A stretch of 64,000 bases of DNA from Hemiscyllium ocellatum. Lineage: Eukaryota. The DNA lies in contig NW_026867487.1 in NCBI RefSeq assembly GCF_020745735.1, forward strand, positions 4,233,239 through 4,297,238, in the 5' to 3' direction. Below, in pieces: positions 1 through 13,500 of the stretch. The stretch's first letter is position 1; each line of letters opens with the position of its first letter. Under the pieces are notes generated by a model, which had not been told where the DNA came from, ran no database searches, and saw nothing but the letters and a program-made list of their open reading frames with translations. The position numbers were made by a program, and so were the translations under genes.

Positions 1-1131
1 ATGTCAAGTGTGCAGAAACAGAATTCCGCATAACATTTAAGAAGTATTTCAATGAATGGTTGCATTACCAACTCAAACAAAGCGATGAGCTAAAAGCTGG
101 AGAATGGGATTAGCATAGTTAGTCCCTTTTTTTTCACCTGTGCAGACTATCTGGGCGGAAAGTTGCCTTCTGTGCTGCAATACTTAAGGACTCCATAACT
201 AGCAATAATGAGGTCACTTCGCTCAGTGGACGAAGCAACAGGAGAACGTTTGCAAGTAAAGTGCACCCACACCAAATAGGAGTGAAACACACTGTTTCTA
301 GATGCATGCTCAGTCATGATATATATTTTTTTTCTTTTCTTTCACAGCACCCATGGTGTGTGTGTGCAGGTGGGAGACACAGTGAGAGACACAAAGTGCA
401 CAAATCTTTATTTAATTTCCATCACCAGGATATCAGTCATGATATGTATTGCATCATTAGCTATGCTGTGAATGTGTCAGAATTCATACCAATTAAAACA
501 TTAACCAGGGTTCATATGAAAATGCTGGGAAAAATCAGTTCTCAAAATTCCAGAGAACATTGTTCAAGTCAGTTCCTTTGAGTAGAGACTGTTTAGTTAC
601 TCGGTACCCATTCGTAAATAATCAGAGAGTGACTGAAACATTCATTGAGAATGATTTACCATACATTGAATGAGGCCTTGCCTTGGTCGTCATTGTTTTG
701 CAGCGTTTCTGTTTTATTCTGTTTCAAACATTTCAGCCATGGATACGTGAACTCACTTTGTAAAAATCAAAAAGCAAAAAAAAAAAGAACTAAATAGATG
801 AAACATTCTTGAGATATTTAGAACAGCCTGTAACTAGGTTCGAGATGGGGTTCTCAGCATAGTTTTAATTCAAGAACGCAACGTGTGGTGAGAGTTGAAG
901 GCAGACTTTGCCCTTTTATTTTTTTTCGATTTACAAATTTCCATGAGCAATGTTACAAATGGAAGATCAAAGTCTTTGTTTTTTTATTGGCAGAACGGCA
1001 CCTGACGTGCACGTTCTAACTTAATTTGCCCTCTGGAGATTTCCAGTTAGAATAAATGAGCGACACATTGAATACATGTCAGGGCTGCAGTCTGGAAATT
1101 TGGTAAGTCCGTCAATCGCTGAAAACAAAAG

Positions 1132-2485
1132 ATGCATGGGCCAGCGAATGGGCTGTTCTTTGCAATTTTCTATCCATTTCTCGCTCTTATTGGTACCCCC
1201 GGTAAGCAGTCTGTTGTAACTCAGCTGTGCTTTTATGCTTCATAAAAATTTGCTCTTTGCCTTCACGATCTGGCTGAATATCAGCAATAACCAATGTTTT
1301 GTCTAGATAACGGACTTCAACCATGTTCCCATATGTGTCAGTTGTCAGAGAGTAGATGTTGGAGCAGAGGAGTTTGCAGTGATTCCGATACTAGCAAGTG
1401 TTTAATTCAGCAATTGATATTGAGCAATTACCAACAATTTTGAAAGGTCTGAATTTGAGCTGAGTCTCAGCATGGAAATTAGATGGATTAAGTCTCTTTC
1501 AGTTTCAGACTGCATGTGGCTGCTGTCTGGCGTTTGGAGGTTGTTTGGTGTCATCTATCTCACTCTTTCTTCATCTTCCACAGCAAACGTGTTAGCGATT
1601 ATTATCTTATCTCAAGGATGCTGTGGTCTCTCCCGATGCATCACCTTCTACCTATTGGCGATAGCGGTCGCTGATTTCTTAGTTATCATCAGTGGATGTA
1701 TCCTCAACAGGATTGGCCGCATCTATTTTAGCTACAGCGTTCTGTCCACCACCCCTGGCTGCAGTCTCACTGCTGTGCTGATCTACGCCACGCGAGATTG
1801 CTCCGTCTGGCTGACAGTGGCTTTCACCTTCGATCGTTTTGTGGCCATCTGCTGCCAGAGTCTGAAGACCAGATACTGCACTGAGAAAACTGCGTCACGA
1901 GTCATAGGGCTGATCTGTGTCCTGCTCTGTATCAAGAACGTCCCTTTCTACTTTATCTACAAGCCCCTGTATATACTTGATGCAGTGCCCTGGTTCTGTG
2001 ATATCAAGGCGATATTCCACACTTCGCCCACTTGGCAGGTCTACCGATATTTAAACAATATACTTGTCCCCTTTCTTCCGTTATTCCTCATTGTGCTGTT
2101 CAACGCCCTCACTGTAAGACACATTGTAATGGCCAACAGAGCCCGCGAGAGACTCCGTGGAGCTGGAAATGATGGAGACTCAGAGATGGTGAACCGCAAG
2201 AGGTCCATTGTCCTGCTCTTTGCCATCTCTCTTCGTTTCCTCCTCTTGTGGGTTACTTATATCGTACGCTTTCTCCACAGAATGGTTACCGGTGAGGAGT
2301 ATGTTGGCAAACGGAACTTCAACGACCCCAAGTACATCCTTCAAGAGACAACCAACATGCTCACCTTACTCAGCTCCTGCAACAACATCTTTATCTACGT
2401 GGTATCACAGAAAATGTTCCGGGAAGAACTCAAGAAAATACTGATGCGTCCCTTCCAAATATTAACTGCCGGCACTAAGTGGTAG
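1132..2485 (+). CDS. Class A GPCR, GPR139/GPR142-like (expanded family in sharks); two exons 1132-1201 and 1584-2485, about 323 aa
   Basis: ATG at 1132 gives MHGPANGLFFAIFYPFLALIGTP, then G|gtaagc donor (phase 1). Acceptor tcatcttccacag at 1583 continues in the ORF-track frame: ANVLAIIILSQGCCGLSRCITFYLLAIAVAD...TFDRFVAICC...SSCNNIFIY...KW*. Seven hydrophobic segments and a DRF motif. The ORF-track start at 1472 is intronic. Confidence 0.88.
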
Positions 2486-2904
2486 AAAGAAAAATGTGCA
2501 GAAGATCTTGCCAGTACTTCCCTTTAGGTATGTAAAGCCCTCTCCCAGAATCAGCCTTCAGTGGCTCCAGGTCTGCAGGAGAACTGTAAGTTGTTCCAGT
2601 AGTTCCCTGTTGCCAGCTCAAAAGAATTTGAACATCCAGCTGTTCATTATGGATGCATACTCAAGGATTGTACCTATTAGCTCAGCAAGTACGTAAAATA
2701 TTCCATCTTTATTACTTCAAAATGAAAAGAGATTTCTCTCTGCAACCCTGGTCAATAATTATCACTCGTGTCATAACAGTGAGGTCATGTTTCTCCTTAT
2801 TCACTCTGGCTTTGTTTTTATTTGAATATTACTGTGCTCATTCGTTGCTAATTTTGGATAAAATGATTGTAAAGTCCACAATTTCGTCAAAAGTATATAA
2901 TTCG

Positions 2905-2970
2905 TCCTTCCACCCTTCGATCCTTCCCTCTTTCCTTCCTTCCTTCATTCTACCCTCCATTCCTTTCCAT
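2905..2970 (+). repeat. (TTCC)n-like pyrimidine microsatellite
   Basis: ccttccacccttcgatccttccctctttccttccttccttc... Confidence 0.8.
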
Positions 2971-3604
2971 TACGGGGTATCAGTCTCATTGTGAACGAAA
3001 CAGGCTTACAAATCATAAACAGGTACTTTCGTGATTTGATGTATAATGGCGACTCGAACGCTCCAGTCGTCCCAACGATCGTGCATATCATCAGAACCAA
3101 GATTCATTGTCAAATCAGAAAAAGTGTTGTGATACGAGGAATCAGCCATGGTTTGGTGGAATAGGAAAAAATGGCTCAAAAAACAGACACGAAATATAAA
3201 CAACCATACATGTGAGTATGTTCTGCTAGTATGCTAACGGAGTCAGAACTGTTCAACAGTGATAAACACAGGTATTAGAATAAATCATTTTTGAAAATTT
3301 GTTTTTAATGATGTTTCTGTTTCTTTTGGTAGCGAACGTTTAAATTGATCTTGAAGAGATGAGAGTATTTGTCATTCTAACTGTCCATTCGTTTCTTGGG
3401 TTTAACAAAATTGACGCATTTTCTCTTTCTGAAAAATATTTCCGTTTGTAAGTATTTATCAATGTGTCACTTAATCAGGCCAGTTTACTAATACCTCCTT
3501 AAAAATTACATTCAAAGATTGGAAACTCATCTGTCACGTTTTGGAACGTTTTTGAACATTCCCAACTGTTAGTGAGTTTTGAGAAGACTAGTAGCTCGGG
3601 CTGA

Positions 3605-4340
3605 GGTGTCGGGAGGTGGGTTTTCTCGCTGAGCTGGAAGATCAGTTTTCAGACGTTTTGTCACCATACTCGGTTACATCATCAGTGAGCGTCCGGATGA
3701 AGCACTGGTGGTGTGGCCCACTTTCTATTTACGTGATTAGGTTTCCTTGAGTTGGTGATGTCATTTCCTGTTCTCTTTCTCAATGGGTGCCAGATAGATC
3801 CAAGTTAATGTGTTTGATGAAAGAATCCAGTTGGAATGCCATGCTTCTAAGAACAGTCGTATGTGTCTCTGTTTGGCTTTTTTCTAGAATGGATATGTTG
3901 CCCCAGTCGAAGGGATGCCTTTCGTCATCTGTATATAAGGATATTTTTCAGAGTGGATCATGTCTTTTCGTGGATAATTGTTTTTCATGTATCCTGCTGG
4001 CCAGTTCTCTGACTGTTGGCTAATGTAGCGCTTGTTTCAGTTCTTGCAAGGTATTTTGGAAATTACATTAGTTCTGCTTTCTGTTTGTATAAGCTCTTTC
4101 AATTTTATTAGCTCCTGTTTGAGTGTGTTAGTGGGTTTGTGGGCTATCATGATATCAAGAGGTCTGAGTAGTATGGCAGTCATTTTTGAGGTGTCTTTAA
4201 TGTTGGGGAGAGTGGCTCTGTTTTCTCGGCGTGTTTTGTCTGCTTGTTTGGGTTTGTTTCTGAGAAATTGGCGGGCTGTGTTCATTGGGAAAACTTTTTT
4301 AATTCCTGCATTGGTGATTTTCCTTTGCTCTTCGTAGATC
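3605..4340 (-). mobile_element. Decayed Penelope-like element 3' end (GIY-YIG remnant plus terminal repeat)
   Basis: Minus ORF HKPTNTLKQELIKLKELIQTESRTNVISKIPCKN parallels HKPTSTLRQQLTRTKDPIPSMSQTNVVYKIPCKD of the 35.5 kb element; FLEAWHSN-like segment near 3830-3860; hammerhead-like tail at 3649-3688. Confidence 0.85.
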
Positions 4341-4679
4341 CTCTGTGCTGTCGTGTTTTGTCGCGTGTTGCAATAATGTTCAAATGCCGCCTAATTTTTG
4401 TGTGTTGCGATGATTGCTTCTGTAGTTTATTAGTTTGTCCGTATCTGTTATTTGCCTATAGAGACAAGTTTGAAGTTCACCATTGTCATTTAAAAATATC
4501 TTGTAATAACTGCAATAAACACTAGATTGGACAAGCTAGCAAAACAGTGGTGTACAGGATACATGAATGCCGTTGGTCATTTTGAATGTGGCAATGCATC
4601 GTTTTACCAATGTGTAACTGTGATTCACTTCCTCATTATTCCGAATCCCATATATGCTCATTTTAGTTGCAATCAAATT

Positions 4680-4900
4680 CTAAATAAGATGTATGAAGTT
4701 TATCGGGGCTTAGATCGGGTAGATTGGGAGAAAATGTACCCCTTAATAAACTGTTCGACAACAGAAGGCACAGTTCTAAGGTAAGAAGGGATTTGTGGAA
4801 ACAAAATCTCTCAAAGTGCATTGGTTATGCGAAACCCATTGCCTAACATAATAGAGGCAAGAAATTGCAAAACGTTTAAGATCTGTTTGCCTGCGTGTTG
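4680..4900 (+). mobile_element. CR1-type LINE 3' fragment
   Basis: tatgaagtttatcggggcttagatcgggtagattgggagaaaatgtacccctt resembles the CR1 3' regions at 23.7-24.0 kb and 41.4 kb. Confidence 0.6.
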
Positions 4901-6563
4901 AAACGCCACTGCATATGACACAATCAGTCAGAATGGTGAAAATTGGATTCAACAATTAAATGTTTGATGTCGGACGTGGAAGTGATGCATTGGAGCATTT
5001 TTTTTCATCTTGATGTCAAGACTCTTTGTCTTAGTGTCAGGAGAGAGCATCATTTTCGACGAAATTTAACGATGGGCTATTGGAAATGAAATGACATTGC
5101 CTGAGCTCCTTTCCCCCACGATCAACAGCCTGAGTGCAACCATTGACAAGAAACCAAAATGTATTCTTCATTGAAACAGCAGATCAGAGGCTTGAGATAC
5201 TGCAGCGAGTAATTTACGTCCTGATTCGAGAATCACGATGAACTTTCAGCAAGTGACAAGAGTATGATGGAGTATTCTCCACTTTCCCAGATAGCTCACC
5301 AAGCATACATCGAACTTATACTGCAGTCAGAGCAAAGCAGACCGGATAATTATTGTGGCATCCACCATCACTCTCAAAAGTTCTACTACAATTTCTGCCT
5401 GTGTGGTTTGGTTGGAAACACAAAGTTTTCTATTTTATTCATTTTTGCAGAAGTGGTTGCCTTGGGCTCGTTGTGTTCTATGCTGGCGTTTGACACACTG
5501 TTATTCAGGATTCATATTCTGATAATTAATATGTATATGATAACGTCACCAACAAATGAATTAAATGAACGAACCTGATTCCCAAATTTATAGAATACAT
5601 AGGCACCTGAGCGAAAAGACGAGTAGAGGCAATTTCAGGTTAGCAGTAAGACCTCCAGTTAGCATCTCCCATCAGAAACTCCAGTTGATACATATATCAA
5701 AAGTGGATTTGGAATAAAAGCCTAAACTTTCCTTGCCAGCAGTCTGTTTTAAGATAATGGAATTTCTCATTTGTCAATGTTACAAATTGAAGTTTCGTGA
5801 AGATGAGTTAATCTGTTCATTGAATTGTATTTGAGCTGCATGATGCTATTTAGCTACTCCCTGGAGACTCTCAGTTAGAATCAATGAGAGGCAAGTTGAA
5901 TCTGTTGTATAACTGAATTGTGCAGCTTGGAGAATGTCCTGAGGAAGACATAAGACATTACTGTTGAGTAAGGAAGTTGCAGAATATGTGATCTCAACAG
6001 TTAAAACTATAACAGAGTGATGAATATCAGACCGAAAAACTGTAAAAGTGCAGTTATTTTGAGATATCATGTGGGAACAGCGTACGAGTTATTAATCTAC
6101 GTGGACTTTTACAAATTAAACAATGAGGTTATTAAAGGTGAGTGATTACCAGCCGAATACTCATATCATCAGGGAGCATAGATTTTTCAAGAAGAACATG
6201 TCTGGTTATGAATACGGAATGTGTCACACGATCTTATTTATCTAATAATTTGGATAGCTCGCTACTGAATTGAAAAATTGACTTGGGAACAGCGTTGGTA
6301 GAGGAAGGCTCTGACGGCAAGGTACCTGATATTGACAAATGTGTAATTCAACATGAAACACTGAACTATTACCAAATAATTTGTGTATTTGGAGGCTGGA
6401 GATAACACAAGTTCAGATGAGGAGGGTTTCAGTGTCAGATTGGCTGAAGTGGCTGCTCATCATTGATCTCAAATGAGCAACATCCATCTGATAAAATTAC
6501 ATGTGATATGAAGTATAGATATTGCAACTTACGTTTTACGAGTAAACTTACTGTTTCTCACAG

Positions 6564-7421
6564 CAAACTTGATGTCAATTATAACACTATTCTGCAGACC
6601 ACGTGGTCTCTCCTGGTATGTAACCTACTATCTCATGGCAGTAGCCGTGTCTATTTTCTTTTGTCATCATCACTGGGTGCATCATCAATCGGATCAACCT
6701 CATGTACTTTGCTTACAGAGTACTCCCCACTACCTCTGTACGCAGGCAGAGCATAAACCTACTTCGCTGCAATCGAGAGAGCTCAGTATGTCTGTCTGTA
6801 GCCTTCACTGTCGAACGTTTTGTGTCCATTTGCAGCTCATGCCTGAAGAGCAGATACTACATCGAGAAAATTACATCGCTGGACATTAGAATGGTCTATA
6901 TCCTGAGGTGTGTCAAAAACATCCCTATATGTTCTGGATAGTGCATTCTGTTTGTGTGACATCAAATTCAACTTTTATACTTTACACAGCAGGCAGACCA
7001 ATGATGAGATGGAATGCATTTTAAACCCCTTTCTACGTTTTCTGCTTAATCTGCTGCTTACTGTCTTGACTGTATGACATACCTAGCCGCTAGCAAAGCC
7101 CGCAAGATATTTAAAAATGTTGTGTGCGGCAGGGATAGAAAGTCGCAGGAGATTCGTCACCCTGCTCTTACCATCTCAGTCAGCTTCCCACTGCTGTTGG
7201 TCACTGAAGTGAGATATTTACTTCTCCTGCGGTGTAAAGGTGATATAGAATTCAACTGCCTGGATTTCCAAAATGTAGACTGCATCCTGAAAGAGAAGAC
7301 TGACATGTTCCAGCTACTTCATCCCCACAACAACATATTCATCTACGCAATATCTCAGCACACGTTCCATGACGAGCTCAAAATACTGATGTATTACTTC
7401 ACCACACTCAGCAATTTTTAG
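6564..7421 (+). pseudogene. GPR139-like GPCR pseudogene (exon 2), frameshifted
   Basis: Acceptor tttctcacag at 6563, then ANLMSIITLFCRPRGLSWYVTYYLMAVAV. Later frames give VAFTVERFVSICSSCLKSRYYIEK and HNNIFIYAISQHTFHDELK, collinear with the 1.5 kb gene but split over several frames. Confidence 0.88.
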
Positions 7422-7514
7422 CCAAGTTTCACACACTGTTTAATTTCATGCCTGTGTCTCAAAGTGCAGCACTTACTTTTCATTCAGGTAATGGTCAGTT
7501 TAAGCTACCTACTT

Positions 7515-7566
7515 ACTTTCCTTCCTTCCTTCCTTTATTATTTCCTTCTTTCCTTCCTTCCTTCCT
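7515..7566 (+). repeat. (TTCC)n microsatellite
   Basis: ttccttccttccttcctttattatttccttctttccttccttccttcc. Confidence 0.85.
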
Positions 7567-7699
7567 AATCGTTCATGACCATACTTCTCGATGTCCCAAG
7601 TAACCTTTCCGTGAAACGGGTGTATGATTTCACTTGAAGTGTAAAATTCTCAAATTTGTTCTATCCTGGAAGATCCTCCAGTTCCTCACTGTTTGGTAA

Positions 7700-8740
7700 T
7701 GCATTGTAAACACCTGTCTCCCCTCTGAAACCCAAAAGTCGTTTTTGCTTAACATAGACAATGATGCAGAATTACCTACTTTCCTTTAAAGTATCGTAAT
7801 CTTCGAGACAATCTGCGTCACAACAGAATTTTAAAAAATGAACTACTTTCATGAAAGACAAGTGATATACTGGATAATAGAGAGTCTCCGGCCAGACGTT
7901 TACAAAAGCCCATATACTCCCATAACTACCTGTACTACACCTCCTCCCACTCAGTATCGTGCAAGAACTCCATTCCATTCACCCAAATCCTCCGCCCCCA
8001 CAGCATCTGCTCGGATGAAGAGACATTCCACTGCCAAACATTGCAGATGTCCACCTATTTTGAAGAACTCACTTTTCCTGCACTGTCATCCAGACACCCT
8101 CCACCGAACCTCCTCCTTTCCCCCCTCCACTGCTCGAAATCCCACCCTAAATGCAATGAACATTGCGTTCCCCATGTTCTGACCTTCCACCCCTCCAGTC
8201 TCCACATTCAAAATATCACACGTACACATTTCCACCAGCTCCAATTTGACCCACCACCAAAATCAACTTCCCCTCCCCACCCCTCTCTGACTTCTATAAA
8301 GCTGTCCCATTTGCCAAAGGCTGGTTTGCGTTACCATCCCCAACAACACTCAGGTAACTTTCCCTGACTTCAAAATATTTGCAAAACCTTTAGTGCACCC
8401 CCATTCGCCTCCATCCAGCTCTTCAAACAGTCCTTCCAATTAAGTCAAAGGTACAGCTGCCTCTTCTCCACACCACATTACAGTATCCAGTGTTCACGGT
8501 GTGGTCTACTCTACAACGGGAAGAGTCCAATTATAACCTCAGTTCACATTTCGCCGAGCATGTTGACCTGACCTCCCAGTCACTGCCCATTTTAATTCCC
8601 CTTCCCATTCCCTTCCCATATGACCATCCTTGGCCTCCTCCACTGCTGCAGCAAATCCGAACACAAGTTGGAGGAACAAGGGATCATCTTCTACATATCC
8701 AGGGAATGAAGAAAATAGTAAAGCTGCAGTGATTAGAAGG
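7700..8740 (+). mobile_element. Decayed Penelope-like element, second family (RT C-terminus plus GIY-YIG)
   Basis: tacaaaagcccatatactcccataactacctgtactacacctcctcccac reads as a frameshifted YKKPxxSHNYLxYTSSH. The segment near 8450-8700 is homologous to the GIY-YIG DNA at 26610-26890. Confidence 0.7.
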
Positions 8741-10724
8741 GGCAATCTTGTTTGAAATGTTAAGTGATCGACGTTTAAATTCAATATATAGAACGCATAA
8801 AATGTTAACAACTAATGCAGACAATAAGACAACTCAAAAACGCGTACACACAAAAACCACTTTTTTCGATACACACAGACGCCAGACATACAACCACATG
8901 CGCACATATTCATGTAAAGTTAGAGGTACGTGCACTAGGAGACACGGCTTTTATAAAACACATACTGTTATGGATTTGAAAGCATGTACGTACTTTTAAG
9001 AGAATGAATGTTGCTCTACATTGGGAGTTTAAAAGCGCATGACATCTGACTAGATAGCACTCTCAGGGTGCACTGTAAATTTGAAAAAATGCAACATTTG
9101 GCAGTGGAATTGATGCATGATTTTTTTAGAACAATTTGAATTTGACCAATCTGTTTTAATTATGCCTCAGGATACAAAGACACAATCGACTTTGAATTTA
9201 TTGATTTGCCAATATCGAACCAATGAGACAATCCGATGTTGGGTGGATAAAATTGGCAATTTGACAGTTTGAAATTTAGACAGATCGTAACTGTCAACGA
9301 CATACACAGCGAGCTAAAACACTAGCTATCAAAGTCACCTTTTAAATCGGAAACATTTTTCCCATCAAAGACAGTAGATGATCCAAGGAGATCTCCCACA
9401 GAAAGAAGTAGGACAGCCGCGATGACAGTCGCTGTTTGATTTTGAGATTAAGCTGATGTAATTTTAGTACGGTTGTATTGGAACAGCATATTGTTATAGA
9501 GTTGTATGGAGATAACAATCATGAAAGAGAAAGAAGGCTTAATGATACAAATAGTTGTTGTTTATTGTTTACTTTTAGAGTTAAAAATGCATTGGTAATC
9601 TTTCTTCAAATAGAGGAATTTAGGAGTTCTCCATTCGTCATACTTTTACAAACTACGAGACAAAGTAAGGTCTTCTGTATGTTTGGTTTAATTAGCAAAA
9701 GGGTTTACCGCCATGTCGTAAGAATATATTTACATCAACATTCATTCACAGAAAGTCAGGTCGGCATAACATTTAAGCCCTGACACAGATGGGAAACGAA
9801 CTGAGGAAGTAGACAGACACTGAGAAAAGAAACAGCTAAGAAGAAAAAAACTGCAGAAAAAGTCTCAAAAACTATCAGATAAAATAACTAGTCATCTTCT
9901 GAGTGTCGCTTTATTTCGTATTCAAATCAAATTTGCTCATAAAATATTCAAAGCAGATCTTCATCAAAAGCAAATCAAGAGATGAAGAAAAATAAACTTT
10001 CATCTGAAGTTAAAACTAAAGTTAAGCAACCAACACTCCCCTTTCCAGCAAAAGTTCATTCATGATGAGAAGGTAGAATTATCCAAAGTAAAAGAAATAT
10101 ATACAACATCTATCGGGGCAAGCCAAAATAAAAATTTGCTTAAATATCTTGCACTTCCACTCACAGCTTTCAAATGCCTCCACAAATAACCTCGAAGATC
10201 ATATTCACACAATAGTTATTCATGCAAAATAACATAATTATTCTAAAGAGCACTGAATACACTAGATATTATTGTAACCACATTATAAATTTATCTTGTC
10301 AAATATCCAACCGATCAATATTTTTTCATGTTTCATCGCAGCATAAAATTTTGAACAACATTGTTTCTTTGCAAAATAAGTACAGATCTCCGAGTTGCCA
10401 CAATATCATCTGATGTAATTTAATACGACAATATCCATTGTAAATTCTTTGAAATCTCTTATACTCCGAGAGAGTTGAAAGCTGGAAAAAAAATATGGCT
10501 CATGGAAGGGAAGAAATTAATTTAATGCAAATTTACAAAACAAAAAGAAAAGAACTTACTGCAGATACATTTCCTCCCTGGTGCACTAATAAAGATGAAA
10601 ATAGGATCGTAACTGTCAATAAGAGCCCATTGCCTCCTCCACACATTTTTGAGGCGTGATTCCTGAAGCATCAGACCTTAACTCAGTGACAGATTCAAAT
10701 CAGTCGTAAGTTATTTCAGACAGT

Positions 10725-13500
10725 CAATTTCCAATCCAAACCGCTAATCACCCTCAATCCCATGTTTCCGTATTTTCTGTAATACCCTACCATGTGAAAT
10801 CTTCTCAAACGCCTTCATGAAATCCATATGCATCACAACACATCAACTGATTTACCCTCATCCTACTGCTTACTCACCTTCTCAACAAACTCAGTAAAGT
10901 CTATGAGACACGACCTACCCTTCACAAAACCGTTTTGACTACCCCTAATCAACTTATTTTTATCGAAGAGATTATAAATCCGATCTTTTCTGGCTTTTTC
11001 CAATACTTTATCCGCATTTGAAGTAAGGTTCACTGGTCTGTAATTACCAGGGTTGCCTCTACGCTCCTTTTTGAATAAGGGAACAACATTTGCTTTCTTC
11101 CAGTCTTCTGGCACTATTCCTGTAGACAATGACAACATAAAGATCCAAGTCAAAGGCTCGTCAATCTCCTCCCTGGCATCCCAGGGAATCCTTGGATAAA
11201 ATCCATCCGGCACAAGGGGCTTCTCTATTTCCACAGTTTCCAGAATTGCTCACATTTCTTCTTTGTGAACATCAACTCATCTAGTCTAGGAGTCAATAAC
11301 ACAGTATTGTCCTTCCACATCACTATCTTTTCTTCCAGTGTGAATACTAATGAAATATATTCATTTAGCGTTTTCCCTATCTACTCTGACATGGCATACA
11401 ATTTCTCACTGCTATCCTCGATTGGACCTAATCTTTCTCTCGTCATTCTTTAATTCCCAATGTACCTAGTGAAAGCCTTCGGAATTTCCTTGATCCAATC
11501 GGTCAATGGGTTCTCATGCCTCCTCGTGGCTCTTCTTCACTCTATCTTTAGGTCTTTCCTGTCTAAATTGTAACTCGCAAGCGCCCCAACTGCGCCTTAA
11601 AGTCTCATCCTGACATGAGTATTCATCTTCCTCTTGACAAGAGCTTCAATTTCTTTGATATACCATGGCTCCCACGTACGACAACTTCCTCCCCACGTGA
11701 TAAGTGCATAGCTATCAAGAACGCACAGTAGTTATGCTTTGAATAAGCTCCACATTTCAGTTCTGCCCATCTCTGGCAATTTCCTTCCCTATCTTATGCA
11801 TCCTAAATCTTGTCTAAGTGCATCACATTTGCCTTTCCCCCAGTTATAACTCTTGCCCTGTGGTATATACCTATATCTTTCCATTGCTCAAACAAACATA
11901 ATCAAATTGTGGTCATTATCACCAAAGCGCTCACGTACCTCCAAATCAAACGTCTGGACGACTTCATTACCCAGTACCAATTCCAATATGTAATCACTCC
12001 TTGTATGTTTCTCTACATACTGTGTCAGGGAACCCTCCTGCACACATTGGACAAAAACTGACCCATCTAAAATACTCGAACTGCAGTATTTCCAAACAAT
12101 ATTTGGAAAGTTAAAGTCCTCCATAACGACTAACCTATAACCCTCGTTCTTAACCAGAATGATCTTGTCTATCCTTTCCTCTACATCTCTGGAACTATTG
12201 GAGGCCTATAGAAAACTCCTGACTGGGTCACCTCTCTTTTCCTGTTTCTCACATCAGCCTATACTATCTCAGTCGAGGAATCTTCATACGATCTTTCTGC
12301 CACCGCAATACTGTCCGTGATTAACAATGCCACATTCCCCATCCACCTCTTTTACCATCTTCTCTGTTCTTACTGAAACGTCTAAATCCTGAAACCTGCA
12401 ACAACTATTCTTGGCCTTGCTCTACCTATGTCTCCGAAAGTCACAGCATCCAAATCCCAGGGACCAAATCATGCTGCAAGTTCACCCACTTTATTCTGGA
12501 TGCTACTGGTGTTGAAGTAGACACTTTTCAAACCAATTTCTTGCTTGCCCGTGCCCTCTTGTGGCATTGAAATCTTCTTTCTAATCTCACCACTGTCAAC
12601 CACTCTACACTGGAACTACGATTTTGTTTCTCTTGTCTCTGCTGATTTAGTTTAAACCCTCCCGAAGACCATTAGCAAATTCCCGCCACACCCCAACCCC
12701 TTCACAGATATTGGTACCTCTCTGATTTGGGTGAAACCATCCTGTTTGTAAAGTCCTCATCTACCTGAGACAACTCTGTATGTTCTCGCTCGAACCTTGC
12801 ACCTTAGTTCCCTGAATTTCTGTCTTAAATCCCCATCACTCTTCCTAGCTGTGTGGTTGGTGCCTTGTGGACCACGACTTGGGCCTGTTCCCCAACCCCC
12901 AGGGTCCCGAAAACCCGATCAAATACGTCACGAAATGTGGCACCAGGGAAGCAATACACCAGCTGTTATTACCTCTCATTCCCACAGAATCTCCTGTCAA
13001 CCCCCAACTATAGATTCGTAAATGACGAATGTTCCGCTCCTCTCCCCATTTCCCTTGTTAGTAACAAGAACAGACTCTGTGCAAGAGACCTGTGCTCCAT
13101 TGCTCACGCCTGGAAATTTCCTTCGCCCCCACTACACCCCCACCTAAAACAGTATGCAAAATGGTATACTTGTTGTTGAGTGAATCGGCCAGTATTAATT
13201 CCTTCACTGTCGGCCATTTCCCTTTCCATCAGCTGACGGTAACCAATCTACGTTATTCTTGTACCTGAGATGTAGCTACGTTCCTGTAACTACTCTCGAT
13301 AACCTACTCCGCCTCCTGAATGTTCTGAATTTCATCCAGCTCCAGCTTCAGTTCCCCAACGCGGGTTTCTAGGAGATGGACTTAGGTGCCTTCTGGCAGA
13401 TGACGTCAGCATGTATACTGATGATGACCCTTAACTTCCACATTCTGCAAGAGGAATATTCAAATGCCCTAACCTCCATTCGCCCTATTCTAAATACTGT
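10725..13500 (-). mobile_element. CR1/HER1-type LINE, long decayed fragment (ORF1 remnant, endonuclease, start of RT)
   Basis: Minus ORFs ...WKKANVVPLFKKERRGNPGNYRPVNLTS...QNGFVKGRSCL (RT N-region) and MEDFNFPNIVW...LELVLGNE...DNDHN (APE endonuclease). Confidence 0.9.

Noticed and set aside
1472-1583. N-terminal 37 aa of the 337-aa ORF as GPCR N-terminus
   Set aside because: It is intronic read-through; a proper exon 1 with TM1 start and a phase-matched donor lies at 1132-1201.
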